Shown here: piece after piece, positions 1 to 12,262 of the stretch
How the letters are laid out: each line of letters begins with the position of its first letter
Numbering within the stretch: the stretch's first letter is position 1
The notes under the pieces: model-generated
The model's database searches: none
Seen by the model: only the letters and a program-made list of their open reading frames with translations
Told to the model about the DNA's origin: nothing
Assembly: GCF_030013595.1 (NCBI RefSeq)
Contig: NZ_CP122768.1
Length of the DNA stretch: 64,000 nt
Strand: one strand, 5' to 3'
Origin: Escherichia coli
GTDB lineage: Bacteria > Pseudomonadota > Gammaproteobacteria > Enterobacterales > Enterobacteriaceae
Made by a program: the position numbers and the translations under genes

Positions 1-612
<612 letters not shown>

Positions 613-895
613 TTACATCTTGATAACTCAGTTGAAAATATTATTCAACATACGGCTTTTTTATGGTGAGCTGGCTCACATCTCCCTGACTCTGCGGCAA
701 TATGGCGTCTTTAGTATCTCCTGCTGAACGCCCTTTTTATCCAGCATAAAATTCCGTTCAGAAGCGGATTAGTGGCACTCTGATAATAAGAAATCGCAAA
801 GAAAAAATTCTCCGGCGACGCGGTTTTTAACAGGTGTTCTATGCTTGAAATGAGGTGCTCCACACAGAGAGCGCCGACAACAATGAGGTGCGCGT

Positions 896-2428
896 ATGGC
901 GACGATCGATTCTATGAATAAGGACACCACACGTTTGAGCGATGGACCCGACTGGACGTTCGACCTGCTGGATGTTTATCTGGCAGAGATAGACCGGGTG
1001 GCGAAACTCTACCGGCTGGATACCTACCCGCACCAGATTGAAGTGATAACCTCAGAACAGATGATGGATGCCTACTCCAGCGTCGGCATGCCCATTAACT
1101 ATCCGCACTGGTCATTCGGTAAAAAGTTTATCGAGACTGAACGGCTGTATAAGCACGGTCAGCAAGGACTGGCCTATGAAATCGTCATTAACTCTAACCC
1201 GTGTATCGCTTACCTGATGGAAGAAAACACCATTACCATGCAAGCGCTGGTGATGGCACACGCCTGCTATGGGCATAACTCTTTCTTCAAAAACAATTAC
1301 TTATTCCGTAGCTGGACCGACGCCAGTTCGATTGTCGATTATCTGATTTTTGCCCGTAAATATATTACCGAGTGCGAAGAACGTTATGGCGTTGATGAAG
1401 TAGAACGGCTTCTGGACTCGTGCCACGCGCTGATGAACTACGGCGTGGACCGGTACAAACGCCCGCAAAAAATCTCGCTGCAAGAAGAGAAAGCCCGGCA
1501 GAAAAGTCGCGAAGAGTATCTGCAAAGTCAGGTCAATATGCTCTGGCGTACCCTGCCGAAGCGCGAGGAAGAGAAAACGGTTGCTGAAGCGCGCCGCTAT
1601 CCGTCCGAGCCACAAGAAAACCTGCTCTATTTTATGGAGAAAAATGCGCCACTGCTGGAATCATGGCAGCGTGAAATTCTGCGTATTGTGCGTAAGGTGA
1701 GCCAGTATTTTTATCCGCAAAAACAGACTCAGGTGATGAACGAAGGCTGGGCGACCTTCTGGCACTACACCATCCTTAACCATCTGTATGATGAAGGGAA
1801 AGTAACGGAACGTTTTATGCTGGAGTTTTTGCACAGCCACACCAATGTGGTCTTCCAGCCGCCCTATAACAGCCCGTGGTACAGCGGCATCAACCCGTAT
1901 GCCCTCGGGTTCGCCATGTTCCAGGATATTAAACGGATTTGTCAGTCGCCAACGGAAGAAGACAAATACTGGTTCCCGGATATCGCCGGTTCCGACTGGC
2001 TGGAAACGCTGCATTTCGCGATGCGTGATTTCAAAGATGAGAGTTTTATCAGCCAGTTCCTGTCACCGAAAGTGATGCGTGATTTCCGCTTCTTCACCGT
2101 GCTGGATGACGATCGGCATAATTATCTGGAGATTTCCGCTATTCATAATGAAGAAGGTTATCGGGAGATCCGTAACCGGTTATCGTCTCAATATAATTTA
2201 AGTAATCTGGAGCCGAATATTCAGATCTGGAACGTGGATTTGCGCGGCGACCGTTCGCTGAGGCTGCGTTACATTCCACATAATCGCGCACCGCTGGATC
2301 GGGGGCGCAAAGAAGTACTGAAGCATGTGCATCGCCTGTGGGGATTTGATGTAATGCTGGAACAGCAAAACGAAGACGGCAGCGTCGAGTTGCTGGAACG
2401 TTGCCCGCCGAGAATGGGAAATCTGTAA
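896..2428 (+). CDS. ycgB: SpoVR-family protein YcgB
   Basis: 510-aa ORF, ATG at 896; translation MATIDSMNKDTTRLSDGPDW... recognised as E. coli YcgB; divergent from dadA. Confidence 0.9.
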   Translation: MATIDSMNKDTTRLSDGPDWTFDLLDVYLAEIDRVAKLYRLDTYPHQIEVITSEQMMDAYSSVGMPINYPHWSFGKKFIETERLYKHGQQGLAYEIVINSNPCIAYLMEENTITMQALVMAHACYGHNSFFKNNYLFRSWTDASSIVDYLIFARKYITECEERYGVDEVERLLDSCHALMNYGVDRYKRPQKISLQEEKARQKSREEYLQSQVNMLWRTLPKREEEKTVAEARRYPSEPQENLLYFMEKNAPLLESWQREILRIVRKVSQYFYPQKQTQVMNEGWATFWHYTILNHLYDEGKVTERFMLEFLHSHTNVVFQPPYNSPWYSGINPYALGFAMFQDIKRICQSPTEEDKYWFPDIAGSDWLETLHFAMRDFKDESFISQFLSPKVMRDFRFFTVLDDDRHNYLEISAIHNEEGYREIRNRLSSQYNLSNLEPNIQIWNVDLRGDRSLRLRYIPHNRAPLDRGRKEVLKHVHRLWGFDVMLEQQNEDGSVELLERCPPRMGNL

Positions 2429-2435
2429 AAACAAC

Positions 2436-2466
2436 AAAAACCCCTCGTTTGAGGGGTTTCTTTTTA
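2436..2466. terminator. Bidirectional intrinsic terminator between convergent ycgB and fadR
   Basis: aaaaaCCCCTCgtttGAGGGGtttcttttt: GC stem with A-run upstream and T-run downstream. Confidence 0.6.
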
Positions 2467-2477
2467 AACGGAAGGGA

Positions 2478-3197
2478 TTATCGCCCCTGAATGGCTAAAT
2501 CACCCGGCAGATTTTTCTGCATCCGGTGCCAAATCTCGCCACTCTCATGCCCATAGCGACGCACTGTTTCGTATACCTGATCGTGTGCGCCTTCACTGCA
2601 CAACGCCGACAGTTTGTGGTAGAAGCCCAGCGCCAGGCTGCGCGCTTCCGGATTGGCGAAATAGTGACGACCAATGCGCGTATACAGCCCTTTCATCCCG
2701 TTAAGGATCAGACCGTAAATCGGGTTGCCGGAAGCAAACGCCAGACCGCGGAATATGTTGTAATCCAGCTCGGCAAAGGCATCGGCGTGATCGGCCACTT
2801 CATTAGCGGTAGCCAGCACTTCCTGCGCTTTATCGGGATGCTGACGAAACGCGGTGCGAATAAAAATAGTGGAAATATTGGTACGCACCGACAGCAAATT
2901 ATCAATAAGCTGCGGCACACTTTCGTGATCCAGTCGCGCCAGCGTTTCAAGGATATTTAAACCGGAGGTTTCCCAGAAATTATTCACCTTCGTCGGCTTG
3001 CCATGTTGAATGGTCAACCAGCCATCTCGTGCCAGGCGCTGTAACACTTCACGTAACGTAGTACGCGTCACGCCAATTAATTCTGAAAGTTCACGTTCTG
3101 CGGGCAAAATAGTCCCGGGAGGGAAGCGGTTATTCCAGATACTTTCAATAATGTACTCTTCCGCGAAACCCGCCGGGCTTTGCGCCTTAATGACCAT
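2478..3197 (-). CDS. fadR: Fatty acid metabolism regulator FadR (GntR family)
   Basis: ORF 2478..3221 trimmed to internal Met [61 protein letters not shown] (239 aa) matching FadR. Confidence 0.92.
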
Positions 3198-3418
3198 AGT
3201 GAGATTTCCATAACACAGCAAAACAAAGTTGGACTCATCATACCAGAGGGCTAACTACGCTGATAGCAGACAAAAAGAAGAAAAAAGGGATCAAGGCTTC
3301 ATTTTCCGCATCTCTTTACCCTTGACTATCAAGACTTGCCTCACTCCTGCCTGACCGTTAAGCTTTGCGTTTAAACATAAAAACATCATTGATTATTTGT
3401 AAGGTAAGGGAAACCATC

Positions 3419-4960
3419 ATGGAGATCTCCTGGGGCCGCGCGCTATGGCGCAATTTTTTGGGCCAGTCCCCCGACTGGTACAAACTCGCCCTCATCATTT
3501 TCTTAATCGTAAATCCGTTAATTTTCCTCATCAGCCCTTTCGTCGCTGGCTGGTTGCTGGTAGCGGAATTTATTTTCACTCTGGCGATGGCCCTGAAATG
3601 CTACCCGCTACTCCCCGGTGGTCTGCTGGCTATCGAAGCGGTATTCATCGGCATGACCAGCGCGGAACACGTCCGTGAAGAGGTGGCGGCAAATCTTGAA
3701 GTCTTGCTGTTACTGATGTTTATGGTGGCGGGTATCTATTTTATGAAACAGCTATTGCTGTTCATATTTACCCGTTTGCTGTTAAGCATTCGCTCCAAAA
3801 TGCTGCTGTCGCTCTCTTTTTGCGTGGCGGCGGCGTTCCTCTCCGCGTTCCTCGATGCCTTAACCGTCGTGGCGGTGGTGATCAGCGTTGCAGTCGGTTT
3901 TTATGGGATTTATCACCGCGTAGCCTCTTCCCGTACCGAAGATACCGACCTGCAAGACGATAGTCATATCGACAAGCATTACAAAGTGGTTCTGGAACAG
4001 TTCCGTGGCTTTCTGCGTAGCCTGATGATGCATGCCGGTGTCGGCACCGCATTAGGCGGCGTGATGACCATGGTGGGCGAACCACAGAACCTGATCATCG
4101 CTAAAGCGGCTGGCTGGCATTTTGGCGATTTCTTCCTGCGCATGTCGCCAGTGACCGTTCCGGTTCTGATTTGTGGCCTGTTAACCTGCCTGCTGGTAGA
4201 GAAGCTGCGTTGGTTTGGCTATGGTGAAACGCTGCCGGAGAAAGTCCGCGAAGTACTGCAACAGTTTGACGATCAAAGCCGCCACCAGCGTACCCGTCAG
4301 GATAAAATCCGTCTGATTGTCCAAGCGATTATTGGCGTCTGGCTGGTGACTGCGCTGGCGTTGCATCTGGCGGAAGTTGGCTTGATTGGTTTGTCGGTCA
4401 TTATTCTGGCGACATCATTGACCGGTGTCACCGATGAACATGCTATCGGTAAAGCCTTCACCGAATCTCTGCCATTCACCGCACTGTTGACGGTGTTTTT
4501 CTCGGTAGTCGCGGTGATTATCGACCAACAACTGTTTTCGCCGATTATTCAGTTTGTGTTGCAGGCATCGGAACATGCTCAGCTGTCGCTGTTCTATATT
4601 TTCAACGGTCTGCTGTCATCCATTTCGGATAACGTCTTCGTGGGGACGATTTATATCAACGAAGCGAAAGCGGCAATGGAAAGCGGCGCTATCACGTTGA
4701 AGCAATACGAGCTGCTGGCGGTCGCCATTAATACCGGTACCAATCTGCCCTCTGTCGCTACGCCGAACGGTCAGGCTGCGTTCCTGTTCCTGCTGACCTC
4801 TGCACTCGCGCCATTGATTCGCCTCTCTTATGGCCGCATGGTGTGGATGGCCCTGCCTTACACCCTCGTCCTGACACTCGTCGGACTACTTTGCGTCGAG
4901 TTTACGCTTGCCCCTGTAACCGAATGGTTTATGCAAATGGGCTGGATAGCAACGCTTTGA
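3419..4960 (+). CDS. nhaB: Na+/H+ antiporter NhaB
   Basis: ORF 3365..4960 trimmed to ATG 3419 ([28 protein letters not shown]...), 513 aa polytopic membrane protein matching NhaB. Confidence 0.92.
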
Positions 4961-5105
4961 TAACAACTTACCGGGCATATAAATGCCCGGTTTGCCTTTT
5001 CGCCCGATAATTGTCCAATTGCGTCCTATTTTTGCTGCCTCCTGGTGGCGCAGCGAATGAATTGGTTTAAACTGCGCACTCTATGCATATTGCAGGGAAA
5101 TGATT

Positions 5106-5636
5106 ATGTTGCGATTTTTGAACCAATGTTCACAAGGCCGGGGCGCGTGGCTGTTGATGGCGTTTACTGCTCTGGCACTGGAACTGACGGCGCTGTGGTT
5201 CCAGCATGTGATGTTACTGAAACCTTGCGTGCTCTGTATTTATGAACGCTGCGCGTTATTCGGCGTTCTGGGTGCTGCGCTGATTGGCGCGATCGCCCCG
5301 AAAACTCCGCTGCGTTATGTAGCGATGGTTATCTGGTTGTATAGTGCGTTCCGCGGTGTGCAGTTAACTTACGAGCACACCATGCTTCAGCTCTATCCTT
5401 CGCCGTTTGCGACCTGTGATTTTATGGTTCGTTTCCCGGAATGGCTGCCGCTGGATAAATGGGTGCCGCAAGTGTTTGTCGCCTCTGGCGATTGCGCCGA
5501 GCGTCAGTGGGATTTTTTAGGTCTGGAAATGCCGCAGTGGTTGCTCGGTATTTTTATCGCTTACCTGATTGTCGCGGTGCTGGTGGTGATTTCCCAGCCG
5601 TTTAAAGCGAAAAAACGTGACCTGTTCGGTCGCTAA
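5106..5636 (+). CDS. dsbB: Disulfide bond formation protein B
   Basis: [49 protein letters not shown]..., 176 aa, Cys pairs characteristic of DsbB. Confidence 0.92.
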   Translation: MLRFLNQCSQGRGAWLLMAFTALALELTALWFQHVMLLKPCVLCIYERCALFGVLGAALIGAIAPKTPLRYVAMVIWLYSAFRGVQLTYEHTMLQLYPSPFATCDFMVRFPEWLPLDKWVPQVFVASGDCAERQWDFLGLEMPQWLLGIFIAYLIVAVLVVISQPFKAKKRDLFGR

Positions 5637-5643
5637 TCCATTC

Positions 5644-5669
5644 AGCGCTCCTGCGGGAGCGCTTTTTTG
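5644..5669 (+). terminator. dsbB intrinsic terminator
   Basis: AGCGCTCCtgcGGGAGCGCT hairpin followed by TTTTTT immediately after dsbB stop. Confidence 0.65.
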
Positions 5670-6379
5670 TGCACAGAAAACCCCCAGCTAGGCTGGGGGT
5701 TCCGGAAAGCTTTCAGCTTTGAGCCAGTTATTAAAACCCCTTTTGATTTGTTAAAACACCTTGCGGTCTGGCAACTGCAAGTGTCAAACAAGAAATCAAA
5801 AGGGGGTCCCAATGGGGGACGAAAAGAGCTTAGCGCACACCCGCTGGAACTGTAAATATCACATAGTTTTTGCGCCGAAATACCGAAGACTGGCGTTTTA
5901 CGGAGAGAAGCGTAGGGCGATAGGCAGTATTTTGAGAAAGCTGTGTGAGTGGAAAAGCGTACGGATTCTGGAAGCAGAGTGCTGCGCAGATCATATCCAT
6001 ATGCTTGTGGAAATCCCACCCAAAATGAGCGTATCCGGCTTTATGGGATATCTGAAAGGGAAAAGCAGTCTGATGCTTTACGAGCAGTTTGGGGATTTGA
6101 AATTCAAATACAGAAACAGGGAGTTCTGGTGCCGAGGGTACTATGTCGATACGGTGGGTAAGAACACGGCGAAGATACAGGACTACATAAAGCACCAGCT
6201 TGAAGAGGATAAAATGGGGGAGCAGTTATCGATTCCATATCCGGGCAGCCCGTTTACGGGCCGTAAGTAACGAAGTTGAATGCAAATGTCAGATCGTATG
6301 CGCCTGTTAGGGCGCGGCTGGTAACAGAGCCTTACAGGCGCATTTGAAAAACCTCCGGCTATGCCGGAGGATATTTATT
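5664..6379 (+). mobile_element. IS200-family insertion sequence, copy A (about 716 bp)
   Basis: Boundaries defined by where this copy and the inverted copy at 30331-31046 stop matching; contains Y1 transposase gene and terminal hairpin CCCCCAGCtaGGCTGGGGG; starts right after the dsbB terminator T-run. Confidence 0.78.
5812..6270 (+). CDS. tnpA: IS200 Y1 (HUH) transposase TnpA
   Basis: MGDEKSLAHTRWNCKYHIVFAPKYRR...CCADHIHMLVEIPPKMSVSGFMGYLKGKSS...YRNREFWCRGYYVDTVGKN; HxH motif and catalytic Tyr region typical of IS200 TnpA (152 aa). Confidence 0.88.
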   Translation: MGDEKSLAHTRWNCKYHIVFAPKYRRLAFYGEKRRAIGSILRKLCEWKSVRILEAECCADHIHMLVEIPPKMSVSGFMGYLKGKSSLMLYEQFGDLKFKYRNREFWCRGYYVDTVGKNTAKIQDYIKHQLEEDKMGEQLSIPYPGSPFTGRK

Positions 6380-6392
6380 CCTGCCACTATGT

Positions 6393-7661
6393 TTATTTGA
6401 CCCGCAGTAAATCAGAACTTCGCGTTGTATAACGTGGTGAAAGCATAGCTCGCTTCATCTGCCATTGTTGTTGGATCCCCTGCCCGGCAAAATAGAGTGT
6501 TCCTCTGCCCTCTTTAGCATTCAGAGTATCCATTACCGCCATCAATTGCTCACTCCCGGGGCGCGGTGCGTTGTCATCGAATAAATTGAGCTGCGCGACT
6601 CCCTGACTAAAGAAATCCCCCAGCATCACGCCCGCTTTTTGGTAGCGATGGCCCGTTTGCCAGATGGCATCCAGAGATCGCGTAGCGGCGTTAATGATAT
6701 CCCTGCTGTCCTGAGTGGGCGTCAGCAGTTTTACCGACGCGCTATTGCCGTAATAAGGTTCATTGAGCGCAAATGGTGACGTCTTAATAAACGTGGAAAT
6801 AAACCGACAATATTGATGCTCACTGCGAAGTTTTTCCGCCGCCCGGGCAGCGTAACTACAAATGGCCTGCCGCATCGACGTATAATCCGTGATGCGTTCA
6901 CCAAACGAACGGGAACAGATAATTTCCTGCTTTGTCGGTGCAAACTCTTCCAGTTGCAAACAGGGTTCACCGCGCAGTTCACGCACCGTTCTTTCGAGCA
7001 CGACATTAAAATGTTTACGGATAAACCGGATATCTGTATCCGCCAAATCGAGAACGGTTTTGATCCCCATCGCGTCCAGTTTTTTGCTGATCCGCCGTCC
7101 AATCCCCCAGACTTCATCCACGGGGAGAGCAGACATTAATTTACGCTGGCGTTCCAGATTTGATAAATCCACCACCCCACCCGTCTGCCGCTGCCATTTT
7201 TTTGCCGCATGATTGGCAAGCTTAGCCAGCGTTTTGGTCTGGGCGATCCCCACGCCAACAGTAAGATGGGTACGTTGTAGCACCGTTGCGCGAATTTCTC
7301 GGCCAAAATCAGTCAGATCGCGACAATTACGCACACCGGTCAGATCGCAGAATGCCTCATCAATACTGTAAATCTCGACGCGGGGCGATAGCTCTTCCAG
7401 CGTCGACATCACCCGATTGCTCATATCGGCGTAAAGCTCATAGTTACTGCTAAAGCAAACCACGCCACAGCGGCGAAACAGATCTTTTTGTTTGAACCAG
7501 GGATCGCCCATTTTAACGCCCAACGCCTTTGCCTCAGCGTTTCGGGCGATAACGCAACCGTCATTATTCGATAGCACAACCACCGGTTTACCCCATAAAT
7601 CAGGGCGAAACACCGTCTCACAGCTGGCATAAAACGCGTTTACATCACAGAGGGCAAACAT
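6393..7661 (-). CDS. umuC: DNA polymerase V catalytic subunit UmuC
   Basis: 422-aa [44 protein letters not shown]... Y-family polymerase; overlaps umuD stop by 1 nt. Confidence 0.92.
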   Translation of the reverse strand: MFALCDVNAFYASCETVFRPDLWGKPVVVLSNNDGCVIARNAEAKALGVKMGDPWFKQKDLFRRCGVVCFSSNYELYADMSNRVMSTLEELSPRVEIYSIDEAFCDLTGVRNCRDLTDFGREIRATVLQRTHLTVGVGIAQTKTLAKLANHAAKKWQRQTGGVVDLSNLERQRKLMSALPVDEVWGIGRRISKKLDAMGIKTVLDLADTDIRFIRKHFNVVLERTVRELRGEPCLQLEEFAPTKQEIICSRSFGERITDYTSMRQAICSYAARAAEKLRSEHQYCRFISTFIKTSPFALNEPYYGNSASVKLLTPTQDSRDIINAATRSLDAIWQTGHRYQKAGVMLGDFFSQGVAQLNLFDDNAPRPGSEQLMAVMDTLNAKEGRGTLYFAGQGIQQQWQMKRAMLSPRYTTRSSDLLRVK

Positions 7662-8080
7662 CAGCGCATCGCCTTAACGACGTGGATCACCACACCAAAG
7701 ACATCCAGCGTATCTTCGCTACTGATGGTAATGGGTGAATATGCACTGTTCATGGGAATAAGCTGCACTGTCGGGCGTAGTTGCAATTTTTTCACCGTAA
7801 ACTCGCCGTCAACAGCAGCGATGACAATATCACCATGGCTGGCGGTAATAGCGCTATCGACAATCAGTAAATCACCGTCACTAATCCCACCGTCAATCAT
7901 AGAATCACCACTTGCTTTGACGAAGTAAGTCGCGCTGGGATGCTGGATCAACAGTTGATTCAGATCGATGCGCTGTTCAACGTAATCTGCGGCCGGTGAA
8001 GGAAAGCCACACTGAACAAGATCGCTAAATAGCGGAAAAGTCACAATTTCGCGGAGATCCGCAGGCTTGATAAACAACAT
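7661..8080 (-). CDS. umuD: DNA polymerase V accessory subunit UmuD
   Basis: 139-aa [45 protein letters not shown]..., LexA-like self-cleaving peptidase fold. Confidence 0.92.
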
Positions 8081-8098
8081 AATAATCTGCCTGAAGTT

Positions 8099-8118
8099 AT
8101 ACTGTTTTTATATACAGT
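8099..8118. promoter_or_regulatory. LexA (SOS) box of umuDC promoter
   Basis: TACTGTTTTTATATACAGTA: CTGT-N8-ACAG palindrome about 20 bp upstream of umuD start codon. Confidence 0.8.
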
Positions 8119-8311
8119 AGTCTGTTCTTGCCAGCAGATCAATACTGATTCAGGCTATCAATATTTGTCGCTGCATAGACTGCTGATTTTTCGTTCTCTT
8201 ATCCTGTGCTCACGCGGCCTTCTGGCGACGACGCTCATCCAGCAGAAATGAAAAATATCACCCGGCTAAAAATAGAATAGAAGCATTCGCCATAATGACA
8301 TTAAACATTGT

Positions 8312-8325
8312 TTGATATTTATCAT
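8312..8325. promoter_or_regulatory. FNR/CRP-type site in hlyE promoter
   Basis: TTGATatttATCAT matches TTGAT-N4-ATCAA consensus, about 130 bp upstream of hlyE ATG. Confidence 0.5.
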
Positions 8326-8451
8326 ATTAATAGAAATAAAGACATTGACGCATCTCGCCCGCCTAACTATGAATTAGATGAAGTAAAATTCATTAATAGT
8401 TGTAAAACAGGAGTTTCATTACAATTTATATATTTAAAGAGGCGAATGATT

Positions 8452-9363
8452 ATGACTGAAATCGTTGCAGATAAAACTGTAGAGGTAGTTAAAAACGCAA
8501 TCGAAACCGCAGATGGAGCATTAGACCTTTATAATAAATATCTCGATCAGGTCATCCCCTGGCAAACCTTCGATGAAACCATAAAAGAGTTAAGTCGCTT
8601 TAAACAGGAGTATTCACAGGCAGCCTCCGTTTTAGTTGGCGATATTAAAACCTTACTTATGGATAGCCAGGATAAGTATTTTGAAGCAACCCAAACGGTG
8701 TATGAATGGTGTGGTGTTGCGACGCAATTGCTCGCAGCGTATATTTTGCTATTTGATGAGTACAATGAGAAGAAAGCATCCGCCCAGAAAGACATTCTCA
8801 TTAAGGTACTGGATGACGGCATCACGAAGCTGAATGAAGCGCAAAAATCCCTGCTGGTAAGCTCACAAAGTTTCAACAACGCTTCCGGGAAACTGCTGGC
8901 GTTAGATAGCCAGTTAACCAATGATTTTTCAGAAAAAAGCAGCTATTTCCAGTCACAGGTAGATAAAATCAGGAAGGAAGCGTATGCCGGTGCCGCAGCC
9001 GGTGTCGTCGCCGGTCCATTTGGATTAATCATTTCCTATTCTATTGCTGCGGGCGTAGTTGAAGGGAAACTGATCCCAGAATTGAAGAACAAGTTAAAAT
9101 CTGTGCAGAGTTTCTTTACCACCCTGTCTAACACGGTTAAACAAGCGAATAAAGATATCGATGCCGCCAAATTGAAATTAACCACCGAAATAGCCGCCAT
9201 CGGGGAGATAAAAACGGAAACTGAAACAACCAGATTCTACGTTGATTATGATGATTTAATGCTTTCTTTGCTAAAAGAAGCGGCCAAAAAAATGATTAAC
9301 ACCTGTAATGAGTATCAGAAAAGACACGGTAAAAAGACACTCTTTGAGGTACCTGAAGTCTGA
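8452..9363 (+). CDS. hlyE: Pore-forming cytolysin HlyE (ClyA/SheA)
   Basis: ORF 8308..9363 trimmed to ATG 8452; MTEIVADKTVEVVKNAIETADGALDLYNKYLDQVIPWQTFDETIKELSRFKQEY... 303 aa. Confidence 0.9.
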   Translation: MTEIVADKTVEVVKNAIETADGALDLYNKYLDQVIPWQTFDETIKELSRFKQEYSQAASVLVGDIKTLLMDSQDKYFEATQTVYEWCGVATQLLAAYILLFDEYNEKKASAQKDILIKVLDDGITKLNEAQKSLLVSSQSFNNASGKLLALDSQLTNDFSEKSSYFQSQVDKIRKEAYAGAAAGVVAGPFGLIISYSIAAGVVEGKLIPELKNKLKSVQSFFTTLSNTVKQANKDIDAAKLKLTTEIAAIGEIKTETETTRFYVDYDDLMLSLLKEAAKKMINTCNEYQKRHGKKTLFEVPEV

Positions 9364-9569
9364 TAAGCGATTATTCTCTCCATGTACTCAAGGTATAAGG
9401 TTTATCACATTTAAAAACACAGCCGTTTTTTAAAGATTGAGAGTTACCTGTTGATAATAAGGTATCGGGTAACTCTCATTATGACAGAGCGCTTTCAAAA
9501 ACAGGGCTACGAAATGGCGAGCATCCAGACGTATATTAAGAAAGCCCCCATCAACATCTATTAAATTTA

Positions 9570-10031
9570 TCACTGCGCCCAGTCAGGTTTATTTAAGATA
9601 TGATCCTGCCAGTCAATCACTTCTGATTCTTTCACTGCGATATGACGCACAGAAATACGTTCGCCATGCATTGCCGCTTTCGAACCAGTAAGCAGCGGAT
9701 GCCACGCAGGTAAATCTTTACCTTCCGCCAGCAAGCGATAAGCGCAGGTCATTGGCAGCCATTCGAATGTTGGCAGATTTTCACGGGTTAATTTAATGCA
9801 GTCGGGTTCAAACTCGAAACGACGTTCGTAGTTCCGACATTGACAGGTTTTAATATTGAGCTGGCGACAGGCGACGTTAGTGAAGTAGATTTCGTCGGTG
9901 TCTTCATCCATCAGTTTATGCAGGCAGCACTGACCGCAACCATCACACAACGACTCCCATTCCGCATCGCTCATTTCGTCCAGGGTTTTACTTTGCCAGA
10001 AAGGTACATCGCTCATCAGGTGTTCCGCCAT
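9570..10031 (-). CDS. ycgN: UPF0260 protein YcgN
   Basis: [39 protein letters not shown]..., 153 aa. Confidence 0.85.
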
Positions 10032-10107
10032 TACGTTAAAACGCACCTTATAACCAGTCTGGCACAGCGATGCAAGTTTTGCCGCCGCTTTCAGGCGGCA
10101 AAAAGTA

Positions 10108-10767
10108 TTACAAAACGCGAGTTGTCAAAGAATGCCCATCGAAAGTGACTGTCAGCTCATCACCACTTTGCAACGGGCCGACGCCATCAGGCGTGCCTGT
10201 CAGCACAACGTCACCGGCCTTGAGGGTAAAGAACTTGCTCATATAAGCGATCAGCGGAACGATTTTATGGATCATGTCCGCAGTCGTACCTTGCTGGCGT
10301 TGTTCGCCGTTTACGCTCAGGCCCAGCGTTGTATTTTGCGGATCGCCGGTGAATTCCGCCGCGGGAATAAACCCGGAAAGCGGACAAGAGTTATCAAACG
10401 CTTTGGCCTTTTCCCACGGCTGCCCGGCTTTCTTCATTTTTCCCTGAACATCACGCAATGTCAGATCGAGCGCCACGCCGTAACCGGCAATGGCTTTACG
10501 GACATGCTCTTCCGTAGCCTGACGCAGCGTCGCGCCAATCAATACCGCCAGTTCGACTTCATGATGAACTGAACCGAAATCGGATGGGATCGCCAATGGC
10601 TGCCGCAGATCGCACAGTGCCGTTTCTGGTTTAATAAACAGCACTGGCTCTTCGGGCACTGCGCTACCCATCTCTTTAATATGTTTGGCATAGTTACTGC
10701 CAACACAGACTACTTTACTCACCGGATAATCCAGCAGCGCACCTTGCCAGTTGTGATGTTGATACAT
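10108..10767 (-). CDS. ycgM: Fumarylacetoacetate hydrolase family protein YcgM
   Basis: 219-aa [54 protein letters not shown]... FAH-fold. Confidence 0.88.
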
Positions 10768-10838
10768 AACGTTCCCCTCACCTTATCGTGGATATGAAAA
10801 CCCGCGCCGACAAAGATAATGCCACCGCCGGATATCGG

Positions 10839-11165
10839 TTATTTGTTCGTGTCGTCTGTTTTCTGCCCCATGACGGAAAGATGTTGCTTCAGCAAATCTT
10901 CGGGTGGTGGCGGTAACTGCAAATAGTAACCTTGCTCGGTTAATGCCTGTTTAACCTTTTCAATATCGGCATTGACCAGTTTCTTCCGCCCATCCAGCGG
11001 CAGAATCATCGCTAACTGAGGCTGACCAAAACCTTTCATCAGTTCCTCAGGTACACGCGAAAAATCGTCTTTTTTTTCGACATATAAATAGGTCTGGTCA
11101 CGCTTGCTGCTTCGATAAATCACACAAAACATACTTTTACTCTTTAAGATGCCAGGTTTTGGCAT
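10839..11165 (-). CDS. ycgL: Protein YcgL
   Basis: 108-aa [56 protein letters not shown]... Confidence 0.85.
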   Translation of the reverse strand: MPKPGILKSKSMFCVIYRSSKRDQTYLYVEKKDDFSRVPEELMKGFGQPQLAMILPLDGRKKLVNADIEKVKQALTEQGYYLQLPPPPEDLLKQHLSVMGQKTDDTNK

Positions 11166-11372
11166 AAGCTAACATCAATGAAACCCGCGCCACAAGCCAG
11201 CCAGCTGTAGATTTCTGCGGTTTGTTCAGTCCATGCGCCCTTAATAAGTGATCCCCCGGCAAAAATGCCGCGCCGGGATTTAACCGAACACAGGAAAGCC
11301 ACTGGAATTCTCCTGTAAGGGATTGTTATATTATAACAGTTCATCGTACTCATTCTGAACAGGAGACTACCT

Positions 11373-11774
11373 ATGAAAATCAAGAGCATCAGTAAGGCTG
11401 TATTATTGCTTGTACTGCTAACCTCCACGAGCTTTGCTGCGGGTAAGAATGTCAATGTTGAGTTCAGAAAAGGCCATAGCAGCGCTCAGTACTCCGGCGA
11501 AATAAAGGGATACGATTACGATACATATACCTTCTATGCCAAAAAAGGTCAGAAAGTGCATGTGAGTATCTCTAATGAAGGCGCTGATACTTACCTCTTC
11601 GGGCCAGGAATCGATGATTCTGTTGATTTATCCAGATATTCCCCAGAACTCGATAGTCACGGACAATACTCACTCCCTGCTTCTGGCAAATATGAGCTGC
11701 GAGTGCTGCAAACCCGAAACGACGCCCGTAAAAACAAAACTAAAAAATATAACGTCGATATTCAAATTAAGTAA
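11373..11774 (+). CDS. pliG: Periplasmic inhibitor of g-type lysozyme PliG (YcgK)
   Basis: 133-aa ORF with signal peptide [31 protein letters not shown]... Confidence 0.88.
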
Positions 11775-11893
11775 ATGTCAACCGACGGGGACTCTCCCCG
11801 TCATAAACGTTAACGCCCCACTCCTCTCTGTCGCTCAAGAGGTTAATGACGAATAGCAGACAATGCCGAATAGAACATAATGTAAACAAGGCA

Positions 11894-12262
11894 TCACTCA
11901 CGACACATAAATAACATCTTTGTGGTGGTTTGATTGATTTTTCCACTCCGCTTACCATCCACACCAAAATAACGATCATCACGACATAATTTTTCTTTAA
12001 CATCGCAAAATACACCGTTAGCGAATGTAAATTCGCTGGGATCGTAGCCTTGTAATGATTGTAAGTTTTCAGCGGCTTTTTCGCCGAGATATTTCCTTGT
12101 TAACTCTGGGGAAATGCCATCTGAGTTCACACAAATATACGGGTCGCAAACAACGCCGCACGCCGGAGATTGAAGTCCGCCAGCGTCATTTCCAGACGCC
12201 ATTGATGAGAACATCATCCCCACACCTGACAATCCGATATAAAAAATACGCATCATATTCAT
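11894..12262 (-). CDS. ycgJ: Protein YcgJ (secreted, Cys-rich)
   Basis: 122-aa ORF MNMMRIFYIGLSGVGMMFSSMASGNDAGGLQSPACGVVCDPYICVN... Confidence 0.82.
   Translation of the reverse strand: MNMMRIFYIGLSGVGMMFSSMASGNDAGGLQSPACGVVCDPYICVNSDGISPELTRKYLGEKAAENLQSLQGYDPSEFTFANGVFCDVKEKLCRDDRYFGVDGKRSGKINQTTTKMLFMCRE

Noticed and set aside
5642-6195. ORFs of 121-125 aa overlapping IS200 (and their mirror images at 30515-31107)
   Set aside because: They are antisense or out of frame to the recognisable TnpA and span the IS200 terminal hairpin; duplicated only because the IS is duplicated.
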